Positions 27,526 through 38,839 are shown, counted from the stretch's first letter. The stretch: DNA of 64,000 nt from an uncultured delta proteobacterium (GCA_963745035.1 CAVUVW010000010.1:128001-192000); one strand, 5' to 3'. Numbers and translations: made by a program. Notes: generated by a model not told the origin, from the letters alone.

Positions 27526-28990
27526 ATGGCGGAACCGCAAAGGAAAAAATCCTGGTGGAAGATCGTGTTGCTGCTTGTCGTCGTTTTCGCGGCGGTGGGC
27601 GGCGCGATCGGTTGGTATAAGTTCTTTCGCGAAGAGCCGCAGCCGGATTGGATGACGGCCACGCCGGACATGCGCTTCAAGTATGGATCCATTGGCGCGG
27701 AGCATGACGCCGGCATTCCCTACTGGATCTTTTTCGTGCTGCCGCGCATGTTTCCGGAAAAACTGCCGGGCCCGGGCGGTTTGGCGTCCTTGGGCGTCGC
27801 CTGGGAACAGGGCCAGGAACTGCCGATCGGCTTCACGAAAAAAGTCATCGGTTTTGCGCGGGTGGCCAATAATTGCGCGTCGTGCCACACCGCGAGTTAT
27901 CGAAAAAGTCCCGACGAGAATCCGACCTTTGTTCCCACCGGACCGAACCATACACTCAATCTGCAGGCGTTTTTCCGGTTCGTGGTCGATTGCGCCAAGG
28001 ATCCCGCGCTTCAACGCTGACGAGATCATGCGCGAGATCGCGTTGGTCTACGATCTGCCGCTGCTCGATCGCATGATCTACCGCTATTTGCTGATCCCGA
28101 TCACCAAGAAACGCCTGCTCGAGCGAGAAGCGCAATTCAAGTGGGTCTATCACAAGGAATTTCCGTTGTGGGGCCGGGGGCGCGACGACGCCATGAACCT
28201 CACCAAGTATTTTCTCCTCAATTGGCCGATGGACGATACGCTTGGCCCGACCGACATGCCGTCGGTATGGAATCTCAAGAAGTACCGGCCCGAGAAGGGC
28301 ATGCTCATGAATCTCGCCGGCGACAGCCACGACGCGCGCTCGGTGATCATCGATTCGGCCCTCGGCCTGCTCGCCGCCGCGCCCAATGACCGTGACGAGT
28401 TCATGGGAGAGATCGATTGGCTGGTGCAATATCTCAGCGAGAAACAGGCGCCGCGATTCCCGTTTCCGATCAAAGAGGAGCAGGCGAAAGCCGGCAAGGC
28501 AGTCTTCGACGCTAACTGCGCGACGTGCCATGCGAGCGAACGGACGGGCACGCGCGTGCCGGTGGAAGAAGTCGGCACCGACCGCGAGCGGCTCAAGTCC
28601 TGGAGCAAACAGGCCGCAATCGAATCGAACAAGGTGGTGCGCAATTTCGGCATTGAGCGGAAGGGTCTGGTCGAAAACGAGCCGAGCGGTTACATCGCGG
28701 CGTTTCTCGACGGCATCTGGCTGCGCGCGCCGTATCTGCATAACGGCTCGGTGCCGACGTTGCGCGATTTGCTCAATCCCGCCGCTGAGCGGCCGAAGAT
28801 CTTTTACCGCGGCTATGACGTCTACGACCCGATCAAAGTCGGTTTCGTGACCGAAGGCCCGGAAGCGCAGCGGATCGGCACGAAGTACGATGTGAGTGAA
28901 CGGTCCAGCAGTAATCAAGGACATGAATTTGGCGTGCAGTTACCGGCGGCGGAAAAAGAAGCGCTGCTCGAATATCTCAAGACGCTGTGA
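27526..28990 (+). CDS. Diheme cytochrome c, RoxA/MauG-like (copy B); frameshift near 28003
   Basis: TM anchor, FKYGSIG..GIPYWI, CASCH in 27490-28020; CATCH, GIWLRAPYLHNGSVPTL, SNQGHEF, EYLKTL in 27683-28990. Confidence 0.83.
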
Positions 28991-29069
28991 GGGTTTGTGT
29001 GCGATTGTGACGCGATGGCAGGGAAAGTCGCAGCCGACGCCGCGCCGTGCTGATGTCTGAGGGGAAAAA

Positions 29070-31467
29070 ATGAGAACACGAGGATGGACGAATTTCGCGA
29101 TTGTTTTGTTTGCGGTGCTCGCTGCTGCAAGCTGCGGCAAAAAATCGCCTGAGCCCGGCACCGTCAAAGACGAGGCGCTCACCGTGGGGCGCACGGCGGA
29201 AAGCTTTCCGGCGGCCGATGAAGATTATTTCAAAGACATGGACGGCGCGGTGACTCTTACGGCCAACGAAGTCAAAGGCCGCAACAATTGGATCGTTTGG
29301 ACCGGCGGTAATGACCGGTTTCTGGGATCACCTCGTCAGCAAGAGCTTCGGTGCCGTGGATCTGCTCAAGATTCTTTCTTCCCATCCGAGCATCAAGCAT
29401 CTGAGCCGGGACACGCGCTGGCAACAACTCGGTTTGGTCAATGAACCGTGCTTCGAAAAGGCCAAGGAGCCTCGCAAAGACCGCTTCGGGTTGTGGCTGG
29501 ATACGCGCCGCGCCGATTGTCCCGGCGATCCTTTCGAGAACGAGCAGAAATATCCCGGCGTCAAGATCGGCGCGCGCGGGAAAAACATGCCCGTGGGCTC
29601 TTACTACGGATACGCTTCCGGAATCGTCGGCCTGCGGCTGTTTCCCAATCCGGACTTCGACGAACAAGCGGCCAAAAAATGGGACGCCGAGAAATTTTAT
29701 ACCGATCCGAAATACTACAACGACCGCAATCTGGTGCGGCCCTATCGGGTCGGCATGTCATGCGGATTTTGCCACATCGGGCCGAGTCCGGTGAAGCCGC
29801 CGGAAAACCCGGAAAATCCCAAATGGGAAAATCTCAACTCCAATCCCGGCGCGCAGTATTTCTGGGTGGACCGAATTCTTTTCTGGGAGCGCGATCCGAG
29901 CAACTTCGTGTTTCAGTTGATCCACACGTCGCTTCCCGGAACTCTCGACACGTCCTTTATCTCCAGCGATTACATCAACAATCCGCGCACGATGAACGCG
30001 GTCTACAACGTCGGCGCGCGCTTGAAGATCGCCGAGCGCTGGGGTGAGGAAAAACTGGCCGGCGGCGGGCTCAAGAACAAGCAGTTTCAGAATTATCCCC
30101 AGACGGCAGTGCTGCCGCAATATTTCAAAGCGCCGGATACGGTGTTCACGCCGCGGGTATTGAAAGACGGCGCCGACTCGGTCGGCGTTCTCGGGGCGTT
30201 GAACCGGGTGTTTATCAACATCGGTCTTTTCAGCGAGGAGTGGCTGCTCCATTTCAATGCGCTCGTCGGCGGCCAAAAAGTTACGCCGATCAAAATCGAA
30301 GACGCCGAGAAAAATTCGAGCTACTGGAATGCCACGGCCGCGCAAACGGCCGACGTCGCGTTATTCTTTCTAAAAACCGCGAAGCCCGACCTGCTCAAGG
30401 ACGCGCCCGGCGGGGAAAAGTATCTGAGCACCGACAAGGCCAAGCTCAACCGCGGCAAAGTGGTATTCGCGGAGAATTGCGCGCGCTGTCATTCGAGCAA
30501 GATCCCCGAAGCGCCGCAGGGAGTCGATGACAAGAATTGGGATCAATACTGGGCGTGGACGAAGACGGACGATTTCAAAAAGAAAATGACTGAAATGGTT
30601 TTGGCCGATGATTTTCTCAACGAGAACTATCTCTCCACCGAGCGCCGCATTCCCGTGACTCTGCTGCAGACCAACGCGTGCAGCCCGCTGGCGACCAACG
30701 CGATCGCGGGCAACATCTGGGATAATTTCTCCTCGCAAAGCTACAAGGATCTGCCTTCGGTCGGCAGCATCACCGTGCACAATCCGATCGACGGCAGCAC
30801 GTCCACGTATCCAATGCCCGCCGGCGGGCGCGGCTATACGCGCGTGCCGTCCCTGATCAGCCTGTGGTCGACGGCGCCGTTCCTGTTGAACAACTCGGTG
30901 GGCAAGTTCAACTCGAGCCCATCGGTGGAAGCGCGCATGGATTCGTTCAACGACTCCATCGAAAAAATGCTTTGGCCAGAAAAGCGCGACAAGGATACGA
31001 TTCTCGGCGATAAGGTTCCCGGATTCATCTATCGAACCACCGAGACCAGCTACATCAAGCTCGCCCCGGGTTTTCTGCCGGATTCGCTGCGCAAGGTGCT
31101 CAGTTGGAACGATTGGCTGGCGAGCTGGTTCCCCTGGCTGTTGAGCGAAGAGGGAATCAGAATCGGACCAATCCCCAAAGGGACGCCGGTGAATCTGCTC
31201 ACCAATATCGATCTGGATAGCAGCAAGCTCGACCTCGCCAGGTTGGTGCTCAAAATGAAATCCGACTTGAAGGAGGTGGAAGGCAAGAGCGAAAAGGAGG
31301 CGGCCGAAGTTTTCAAGGGTCTGGTGCCGGACCTCCTGGCAGTAAGCAAGTGTCCTGACTTCGTCGTCAACAAGGGCCACTACTTCGGCACAGGATTATC
31401 GAAGGAATCGACGCCGTTGAGCGACGACGATAAGCGGGCGCTGATCGAATATCTGAAGACGTTCTGA
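29070..31467 (+). CDS. Large diheme cytochrome c lipoprotein, divergent RoxA-like (copy C); frameshift near 29320
   Basis: Lipobox AASC, CGFCH, CARCH, SLWSTAPFLLNNSVG, NKGHYFG, EYLKTF. Confidence 0.8.
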
Positions 31468-31483
31468 GCGCTTGGCAAGCAGA

Positions 31484-33340
31484 ATGAGCGAGCCAAGCGA
31501 GCCGCGCGCGGCGCATGACTATATTGTCGTCGGTTCGGGCGCAGGCGGCGGCACCTTGGCGGCGCGCCTTGCCGAAGCCGGCCGTTCGGTGCTGCTCCTC
31601 GAGGCCGGCGGCGACCCGCTTCATCTGACCGGCGACCGGCTCCCCGAAGACTATCAGGTTCCCGCCTTTCATGCGTTCGCGTCGGAGAATCCCGCCATGC
31701 GCTGGGATTTCTTCGTGCATCACTACCGCGACGAAGTTCGGCGCGGCAAGGATTCCAAGTATACGGCGGACCGGCGCGGCGTCCTCTATCCGCGCGCCGG
31801 CACGCTCGGCGGTTGCACCGCGCACAATGCGATGATTCTGATTTATCCGCACAATTCCGACTGGGACTACATTGCCGAGCTTACGGGCGATTCGTCGTGG
31901 CGCGCCGCCAACATGCGCAAATACTTCCAGCAGCTCGAAGAATGCCGGCACCGACCGCTGGCGCGCTGGTTTAAAAAAACGACCGGTCTCAATCCATCTC
32001 GCCACGGGTTTGACGGTTGGCTGACGACGGAGGTGGCGATTCCGATGGAGGCGCTGGAAAACCGCGGCCTGCGAAAAATGCTGGAGGAACTCGCGGTCGA
32101 TGCCTCCGCCAAGCTTGGCAGCCGGCTCAAGCGGCTGCGCTGGTTTTTCAAAACGCGCGGCGATCCCAACGACTGGCTCTGCGTGAAAGCGAATTCGTAC
32201 GGATTGCGCGTTCTGCCGCTGACCACGCGCGATCATGTTCGGATCGGCGCCGCGGAACGGGTTCGTGAGGTCGCTGAAAAATATCCCGACAAGTTGACCG
32301 TCGAGTGCGATGCGCTGGCGGCGCGGGTAATTTTCAATGATGACAATCGCGCCGTCGGCGTCGAGTACCTCAAGGGCGAACGGCTCTATCGCGCACATGC
32401 TCGTCCCAGCAGCGCCGAAGGAGAGAAGCGTCGCGCATTCGCTTCGAAGGAGGTTCTGCTGTGCGGCGGCGCGTTCAATACGCCGCAGCTCTTGATGCTT
32501 TCCGGAGTCGGACCGAAAGAAGAATTGGCACGCCATGGTATCGAAACGAGGGTGGACCTGTCGGGCGTCGGCAAGAATCTGCAAGACCGCTACGAAGTCG
32601 GCGTCGTCAATCGTATGAAAGAGGATTGGCCGATGATGGCCGGGGCGCGCTTCGATAAGACTGACCCTCACTATCGAGATTGGCAGGCGAACAAACGCGG
32701 TATCTACGCGACCAACGGCGGCGTGCTCGCGATCATCAAGGCATCCCGACAGGGCGATATTCCTGATCTGTTCTGCGCCGGTCTCGTGGGAAAATTTCAG
32801 GGGTACTTCCCGGGCTATTCGAAGCTGATCGCCGAGCACCGGAATTATTTGAGCTGGATTGTATTGAAAGCTCATACGTTGAACCATGCCGGCACGGTGA
32901 CACTGGCATCGTCCGATCCGCGCGAGCCGCCCAAGATCGAGTTTCGCTACTTCGACGAAGGCAGCGATCACGAAGGAAAAGATCTGGACGCGGTCGTCGA
33001 AGGCGTCAAGTTTGTGCGGGCAATGACAAAAGATCTGAGAGAACGCGGCGTGATTGCCGAGGAGGAGCTGCCGGGCGATCGCTGTCGCACGGACGACGAG
33101 CTGAAGGAATTCGTCCGCGACAACGCCTGGGGCCATCATGCCTCTTGCACCTGTCCGATCGGCTCAAGAGAGCAAGGCGGCGTTCTGAGCGGTGACTTTC
33201 GCGTGCACGCCACGAAAGGATTACGGGTGGTCGATGCATCGGTATTTCCCCGCATCCCGGGATTTTTCATCGTCAGCGCGGTTTACATGATCGCCGAAAA
33301 GGCAGCGGAAGTGATTCTCGCCGACAAAAAAGATCCGTAG
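31484..33340 (+). CDS. GMC family oxidoreductase (choline dehydrogenase-like)
   Basis: DYIVVGSGAGG FAD motif, YPRAGTLGGCTAHNA, GVGKNLQD, WGHHASCTC, GLRVVDASVFP, MIAEKAA. Confidence 0.92.
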   Translation: MSEPSEPRAAHDYIVVGSGAGGGTLAARLAEAGRSVLLLEAGGDPLHLTGDRLPEDYQVPAFHAFASENPAMRWDFFVHHYRDEVRRGKDSKYTADRRGVLYPRAGTLGGCTAHNAMILIYPHNSDWDYIAELTGDSSWRAANMRKYFQQLEECRHRPLARWFKKTTGLNPSRHGFDGWLTTEVAIPMEALENRGLRKMLEELAVDASAKLGSRLKRLRWFFKTRGDPNDWLCVKANSYGLRVLPLTTRDHVRIGAAERVREVAEKYPDKLTVECDALAARVIFNDDNRAVGVEYLKGERLYRAHARPSSAEGEKRRAFASKEVLLCGGAFNTPQLLMLSGVGPKEELARHGIETRVDLSGVGKNLQDRYEVGVVNRMKEDWPMMAGARFDKTDPHYRDWQANKRGIYATNGGVLAIIKASRQGDIPDLFCAGLVGKFQGYFPGYSKLIAEHRNYLSWIVLKAHTLNHAGTVTLASSDPREPPKIEFRYFDEGSDHEGKDLDAVVEGVKFVRAMTKDLRERGVIAEEELPGDRCRTDDELKEFVRDNAWGHHASCTCPIGSREQGGVLSGDFRVHATKGLRVVDASVFPRIPGFFIVSAVYMIAEKAAEVILADKKDP

Positions 33341-33427
33341 TTTAAGAATTCAGCCGAGTCCCGCTGCGCAGTTCGTTGCCGTTTCGCGCTAAAGCCGATA
33401 TAGCTCGGGTTGCATCCAACCTCGAGC

Positions 33428-34306
33428 ATGACTTCGATCCCGGCTGAACTCTATGCCTTGGTCAACGCGTTTCTCTTCGCGTTGCACAACCTGTTCACGA
33501 AAAAGGCGCTGCGCTACTCCAATCCCGCCACCGGCGTGATCAGCAGCCTGCTGATCAACATCATTTTCCTCTGGACTTTGTCGATCTTGTTCGTGCCGCT
33601 GGAGTCGTTGACCGCCGCGGCGATTTGGATTTTCGTCGGCGTCGGTTTTTTTCAGCCGGGACTGACTCGTTTGCTTGCATACAAGGGAATCGACGCTTTG
33701 GGCGTGGCGATCACAGATCCGATCCGCGCCACGACGCCGCTCTTCAGCGCGATGATGGCGATCATCTTTCTCGGCGAGCAAGTGACTGCGGGAATCGTCG
33801 TCGCGACTTTGATGATCATCGCCGGAATTACTCTACTCTCGTGGCGCAGCGGCTCCATGAAGCTGACCGGCTCGGCGGTCTATCTCTGGTATCCGATCGC
33901 CGCCTCGGCGCTCGCCGGCGCCACGCAAGTCGTGCGCAAGTTCGGCATGGCCGCGGTGCCGCACCCGTTTCTCGCCGCGGCGGTGACCGCGTCATCGTCC
34001 TTTGTGATTTCGCTCGTGACGCTTTGGTACGTCGAGAAAAGCCAGGAAACCTGGAAGATGAACCGACAATGTTTCTGGTGGTTCCTGGCCGCCGGCGTGA
34101 CCATCAGCGTCGGCATGGTCTGCATCTACTATGCTCTCGACCTCGGCAAGGTCTCCGTGGTGATTCCGATCAGCAGTACCGGGCCGTTCTTCTCGCTGAT
34201 CTTAACGGCGATTTTCCTCCGCGACGTGGAAAAAGTAACCCTCAGAATCGTCGTCAGCGCGGCGCTGATCGTCGGCGGTGTGGTGCTCCTGACACTGTGG
34301 AAGTAG
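33428..34306 (+). CDS. DMT/EamA family transporter
   Basis: About 10 TMs in two repeats; IFLGEQVT, GKVSVVIPISSTGPFF. Confidence 0.9.
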   Translation: MTSIPAELYALVNAFLFALHNLFTKKALRYSNPATGVISSLLINIIFLWTLSILFVPLESLTAAAIWIFVGVGFFQPGLTRLLAYKGIDALGVAITDPIRATTPLFSAMMAIIFLGEQVTAGIVVATLMIIAGITLLSWRSGSMKLTGSAVYLWYPIAASALAGATQVVRKFGMAAVPHPFLAAAVTASSSFVISLVTLWYVEKSQETWKMNRQCFWWFLAAGVTISVGMVCIYYALDLGKVSVVIPISSTGPFFSLILTAIFLRDVEKVTLRIVVSAALIVGGVVLLTLWK

Positions 34307-34399
34307 AGGGTTGCCGCTGGAACGAGGCTCGCTCCGAGAATTCTTTCCAAACGGACCGAAACAGGCTATGAGAAATCAAGAAAAGCTGCGAGGTCGTTG

Positions 34400-36836
34400 A
34401 TGGCTAATTTTTCCGTGGTCGGCCAGTCGGTCCATCGGACCGACGCGAATCCGAAAGTGACCGGGCGGGCGCTGCACGTCGGCAATATCGAGATGCCGGG
34501 CATGCTGCACGTCGCGGTGCTGCGAAGCCCGTACGCGCATGCGCGGATTGTCCGCATCGATAAAACGAAGGCGGAAAAGCTGGACGGCGTCGCGGTCGTG
34601 CTGACCGGCGCCGAAATCGCCAAGATGCCGGGCATCGATCCGCACTTCGGTCCGGCGTTTCGCGATCAGCCGATCCTCGCCGTCGAGCGGGCCTGTTACA
34701 TCGGCGACCCGGTGGTCGCAGTGGCGGCGGTCGACAAACGCGCGGCGGAAGACGCCTTGCAGCTCGTCGAAGTCGATTACGAAGCGCTGCCGGCGGTGCA
34801 CGACGTGCTCGAAGCGGCCGCGCCGGGTTCGCCGCTCGTCCACGAGCAGCACCGGCCGGCCAAGGCGTTTGCCGACCTCGCGCATGTGAAAGCCGGGCAG
34901 CAGTCCAACGTCTGTTACCACTTCAAGCTGCGCACCGGCGACGTCGACAAAGCGTTTGCCGAGGCGGACAGGATCTTCGAAGACAGCTTCAGCTCGCCGC
35001 CGGCGCAGCATGTGCCGATGGAGCCGCATGTGACCCTGGCGTATTTCGACGAGCACGAGCGCTTGAATATCTGGACCGCGAGTCAATCGCCGTCCTACGT
35101 GCGGACCGAAATATCCGCGACCTTCGGCATCCCGATGAACCGCATCCGGGTGCGCGTGCCATATCTCGGCGGCGGCTACGGCGCCAAGCTTTACGCCAAG
35201 CTCGAGCCGCTGTGCACGGTGCTCGCGCTGATCACCAAAAAGCCGGTGCGCTACGCGCTCACGCGCGAAGAAGAATTCTTGACGATCACCAAGCACAAGG
35301 TCGTCACCAAAATCAAAACCGCGATCAAAGATGGCGCGATCAGCGCGCGCAAGTGCGAAGTCTATTGGGACACCGGCGCCTACGCGGAAATCGGCCCGCG
35401 CATCGGCCACAAGTCAGGCTACACGTCGGCGGGCCCGTATCGGATTCCCAACGTGTGGATCGATTCCTACTGCGTGTACACGAACAAAGTGCCCGCAGGC
35501 GCGTTTCGCGGCTTCGGCGTGCCGCAGGTGATTTGGGCCTACGACTCGCAGACGGACATGATCGCGCGCGCCCTCGGCGCCGATCCGGTCGAGTTTCGGC
35601 TGCAGCCGGCGTTGGACGAAGGCGAGCGCTTCGCCACTGGCACGCCGGTGAAATCGTTCGGCGTCAAAGAAGCCATCCGCCAGGCGGCGCAGGCTATCGA
35701 ATGGTCAAACCCGAAAGCTTCACAGCACGGAACCAAGCGCCGCGGCAAAGGGATCGCGGCCGGCGTCAAGGCCGTGCTCACACCGTCGATCTCCGGCGCT
35801 ATCGTCATCCTCAACGCCGACGGCAGCGCCAACGTGCTGAGCAGCACGGTGGAAATGGGCCAGGGCTCGGAAACGACGATGGGGCAGATCGTCGCCGAAG
35901 AGTTGGGCATCTCGCCCGAACGCGTTCACATCGTCCAGCCCGACACCGACGTTACGCCCTACGACACGATCACCGCCGGCAGCCGCTCGACGTATCACAT
36001 GGGCAATGCCGTGCGCATGGCCGCCGGTAAAATCAAAAAGGAGCTGTGCGACGTCGTCGCCTCGAAGCTGGAGGTCGATCCCGACGACCTGCTGGTGCGC
36101 AACGGCCGGGTCGTCGTGCGCGGCTTGGAAGAACGCGGCATGGCGATCGGTGAGATCTTTCTCGCCAAGTTCGGGAGCCTGGGTACGACACTCGCGGCCG
36201 AAGCGGTCTGCCAGCCGAGCGCAGCACACATGGATCCGGAAACCGGCCAGTCGGAAAAGTGCACGGAGTACTGGTTCCCTTCGGCCACGTCCGCCGAAGT
36301 CGAAGTCGATACGGAAACAGGGCGGGTCAAGATACTGCAGCTTTTCAGCGTCGGCGACACCGGCACGGCGATCAATCCGCGCCACTGCGAGCAGCAGCTC
36401 CAAGGCGCCGCGATCATGCACTTGGGACTCACGATGTTCGAGGAAATGATTTTCGAGGAAGGCCAGCTCGTCAACGGCTCGCTGCTCGATTATCAGGTCG
36501 CCTCGTTCAAGGATATGCCGGAGTCGGTCAAGCCGATCGTCGTGCAGGTGCCGCACGAAGACGGCCCGTTCGGCGCCAAAGGCGCCGGCGAGACCGGCGC
36601 GTTGACGGTCGCGCCGGCGATCGCCAACGCGATTCACGACGCTGTGCGGCGTGCGCATCCGCGACTTGCCGATCACGCCGGAAAAAGTTCTGCGGGCGCT
36701 GGAGGAAGCCGAAGGACAGCGTTCGCGATTGATCCCATTCGCCTTGCAGCGAGCCGCGAGCGCCGCGCGGCTTGCAAAGACAGAATGGCCTGCGGCTACT
36801 TCGTCGGCGGCTTTTTCATCATCTCGTCCATGTTGA
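34400..36836 (+). CDS. Xanthine dehydrogenase family molybdopterin-binding subunit; frameshift near 36648, exact stop uncertain
   Basis: LRSPYAHARI, HVPMEPH, LGGGYGAK, AFRGFG, EMGQG, GPFGAKGAGE; terminal IRDLPITPEKV in the shifted frame. Confidence 0.9.
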
Positions 36837-37323
36837 TGTTCGGCATATTCGGCATGCCGGGCATCGAAATGTCGCCGGGCTTTTGCCCGGCTTGGCACGG
36901 TCCCAGCCACTTTGCTTCGATCACTGAGGACGATTCTTTCATGCCGCGAAGCGGCGGCTCATAGGTGGTTTTGATGTCGGCCTTGTAGGCGGAGTCGAAG
37001 CGGCCCGTGAATACGGCGCGCGTCGTCGCGGTGCTATTTTCCATTTTGCACACCGATTCGGCGACGATCTTTTCGCCTTCCTTGCGCATCTCGCTTTTGC
37101 TGCACTGCGTTTTCTGAGTTGCGCCCATCTCCTTGGTCATCAGATCGTCGGTCTTTTCGTCGATGCACTGTTGCAGCGCGGGCATGCCCTTGCTTTGCGC
37201 GCCCGACATTTTTATCTCCCAGAGGCCGGACTTCCGTTTGGGCGCATCGAACGAAGCGGCTGCCACCGGACCGGCGACAAGCAGGGCGACGAACAAGGCA
37301 AGAACCTGCATAGAGACCTCCAT
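36796..37323 (-). CDS. DUF3617 family exported protein
   Basis: Signal peptide, PKRKSGLWEI, QQCID, AKWLGPC..GQKPGD. Confidence 0.8.
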   Translation of the reverse strand: MEVSMQVLALFVALLVAGPVAAASFDAPKRKSGLWEIKMSGAQSKGMPALQQCIDEKTDDLMTKEMGATQKTQCSKSEMRKEGEKIVAESVCKMENSTATTRAVFTGRFDSAYKADIKTTYEPPLRGMKESSSVIEAKWLGPCQAGQKPGDISMPGMPNMPNINMDEMMKKPPTK

Positions 37324-37362
37324 GAATCGAAAATTAAGGGAGTTTCGCTTCGGGCGGTGAAC

Positions 37363-38343
37363 TCAGATCGGCGCCGGCGAGTCGAGCTCGAAGCCGAGAT
37401 CCGAGATCATCCGGTGAGCATCGGAGGCTTCCTGTCCGGGCGTGGTCAGGTAGCCGTTGACGAAGATCGAGTTCGCAGGATAGAGGCTTAGCGGCTGGAG
37501 CGAGCGCAGGTTCACTTCCCGGCCGCCGGCCACGCGAATTTCCTTGTCAGGGTTGACGAAGCGAAAAAGACAAAGCGTTTTTAAGCAGCGCTGCGGAGTG
37601 AGCTCGCGTTTGCCTTCGAAGGGAGTGGCCGGAATCGAATTGAGAAAATTCACGGGAATCGAGTCGATGTCCATCGCGCGCAGGGTCAGCGCCAGGTCGA
37701 TGATGTCTTCGTCGCTTTCGCCCATGCCGATGATGCCGCCCGAGCAGGTGCCGATCCCGGCGTGCTTGACGTTTTCGATCGTGGCCACGCGGTCGTCGTA
37801 GGTGTGGGTGGTGACGATCTCCGGATGGTGCGCGCGGCTGGTGTTCAGATTATGATTCACGCGGCCAACGCCCGCATCCTTGAGCTTTTCGGTCTTGTCC
37901 TGATTCATGAGGCCGAGGGAGCAGCACACGTTCATACCGGTTTCTTTGCGGATCTCGCGCACGGCGTCGGCGATGTCGTCGATCTCTTTGTTGGTCGGGC
38001 CCCGGCCGCTGTTGACGATGCAAAAGCGCACCGCGCCGGCGGCTTTCGCCTGCCTGGCGCTTTCGACCAGCTTTTCTTTGGCCATGAACGGGTAGCGGTC
38101 GATGGGCGCTTCGGACACCGAGGATTGCGAGCAATAGTGGCAATCTTCGGGGCAGAGGCCGCTCTTGGCATTTTGCAAAACGTGGATCTGCACGCGCTTG
38201 CCGTAATAGCGATGGCGCACTTTGAAGGCCGCGCTCAAAAGCTCCGGCAGCTCCTCGTCGCCCGCGTCGAGGACGGCTTGCAACTCCTCGCGTTCGGGGA
38301 TGATGCCTTGAAGCGCTTTGTCGGCCAACTGCTGAAAATCCAT
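37363..38343 (-). CDS. bioB: Biotin synthase
   Basis: Radical SAM CPEDCHYCSQS, RFC, CCSLG, NHNLNTS, CSGGIIGMGE, SIPVNFL, IRVAGGRE, ANSIF..YLTT. Confidence 0.96.
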   Translation of the reverse strand: MDFQQLADKALQGIIPEREELQAVLDAGDEELPELLSAAFKVRHRYYGKRVQIHVLQNAKSGLCPEDCHYCSQSSVSEAPIDRYPFMAKEKLVESARQAKAAGAVRFCIVNSGRGPTNKEIDDIADAVREIRKETGMNVCCSLGLMNQDKTEKLKDAGVGRVNHNLNTSRAHHPEIVTTHTYDDRVATIENVKHAGIGTCSGGIIGMGESDEDIIDLALTLRAMDIDSIPVNFLNSIPATPFEGKRELTPQRCLKTLCLFRFVNPDKEIRVAGGREVNLRSLQPLSLYPANSIFVNGYLTTPGQEASDAHRMISDLGFELDSPAPI

Positions 38344-38374
38344 TTCGATCCTCCAAAAAATCAGACGATTTTTA

Positions 38375-38839
38375 TCACGCGTGGTCGGGCCTTTGCAAAT
38401 ATGCGTCACGAGCGACGAATCTGCCCCAGAGGTACAAGAAAGCCGCCAAGACGAAGTGGAAAAAGATCGGTATAGCGCCGCCGAGCCAGCGCATCTCAGG
38501 AAGGAAGATCATCGTCAGCGCGTAGCGCAGCGCCATGCTGCCCGCGTAAGCAGCGCTGAAGCCGATAAGAAAACGCGACCAAGATGGTCGCGTAGCGGCG
38601 AAGAAGCCTGTGCCGCGCCAAATGTCCGACGCAATTTTGATCATCACCACGATCATAACGATCTGAATCGTTAGAAGGGCGGGATAGGGGATGAGACCGG
38701 AAGCCCATTCCTTGCTCGACGGCAGCCAATCGACTGAAAAGAATACGACGAGAGCTTGGCCCAACACTCGAAAGAGGAAAAGCAATGTCAGGAGCGCGAG
38801 AACATAGCCATACATCCCTGGCTTCAATGTGGGTTTCAC
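38375..38839 (-). CDS. Hypothetical 4-TM membrane protein
   Basis: GTGA overlap with the GH3 stop (alternative ATG at 38815); LFLFRVLGQALV, WASGLIPYPALL, IPIFFHFVLA. Confidence 0.75.
   Translation of the reverse strand: MKPTLKPGMYGYVLALLTLLFLFRVLGQALVVFFSVDWLPSSKEWASGLIPYPALLTIQIVMIVVMIKIASDIWRGTGFFAATRPSWSRFLIGFSAAYAGSMALRYALTMIFLPEMRWLGGAIPIFFHFVLAAFLYLWGRFVARDAYLQRPDHA

Noticed and set aside
25987-28990. Naming the diheme proteins roxA or mauG
   Set aside because: Only superfamily motifs are visible; they are shorter than RoxA, membrane-anchored and lack mau genes, so orthology cannot be claimed
31367-33139. 590-aa antisense ORF over the GMC gene, and similar long shadow ORFs (11932-13383, 21985-23346, 52965-54506, 55228-56529)
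   Set aside because: They overlap well-supported genes, are Arg/Ala/Gly-rich with no motifs, and are expected from high-GC codon bias
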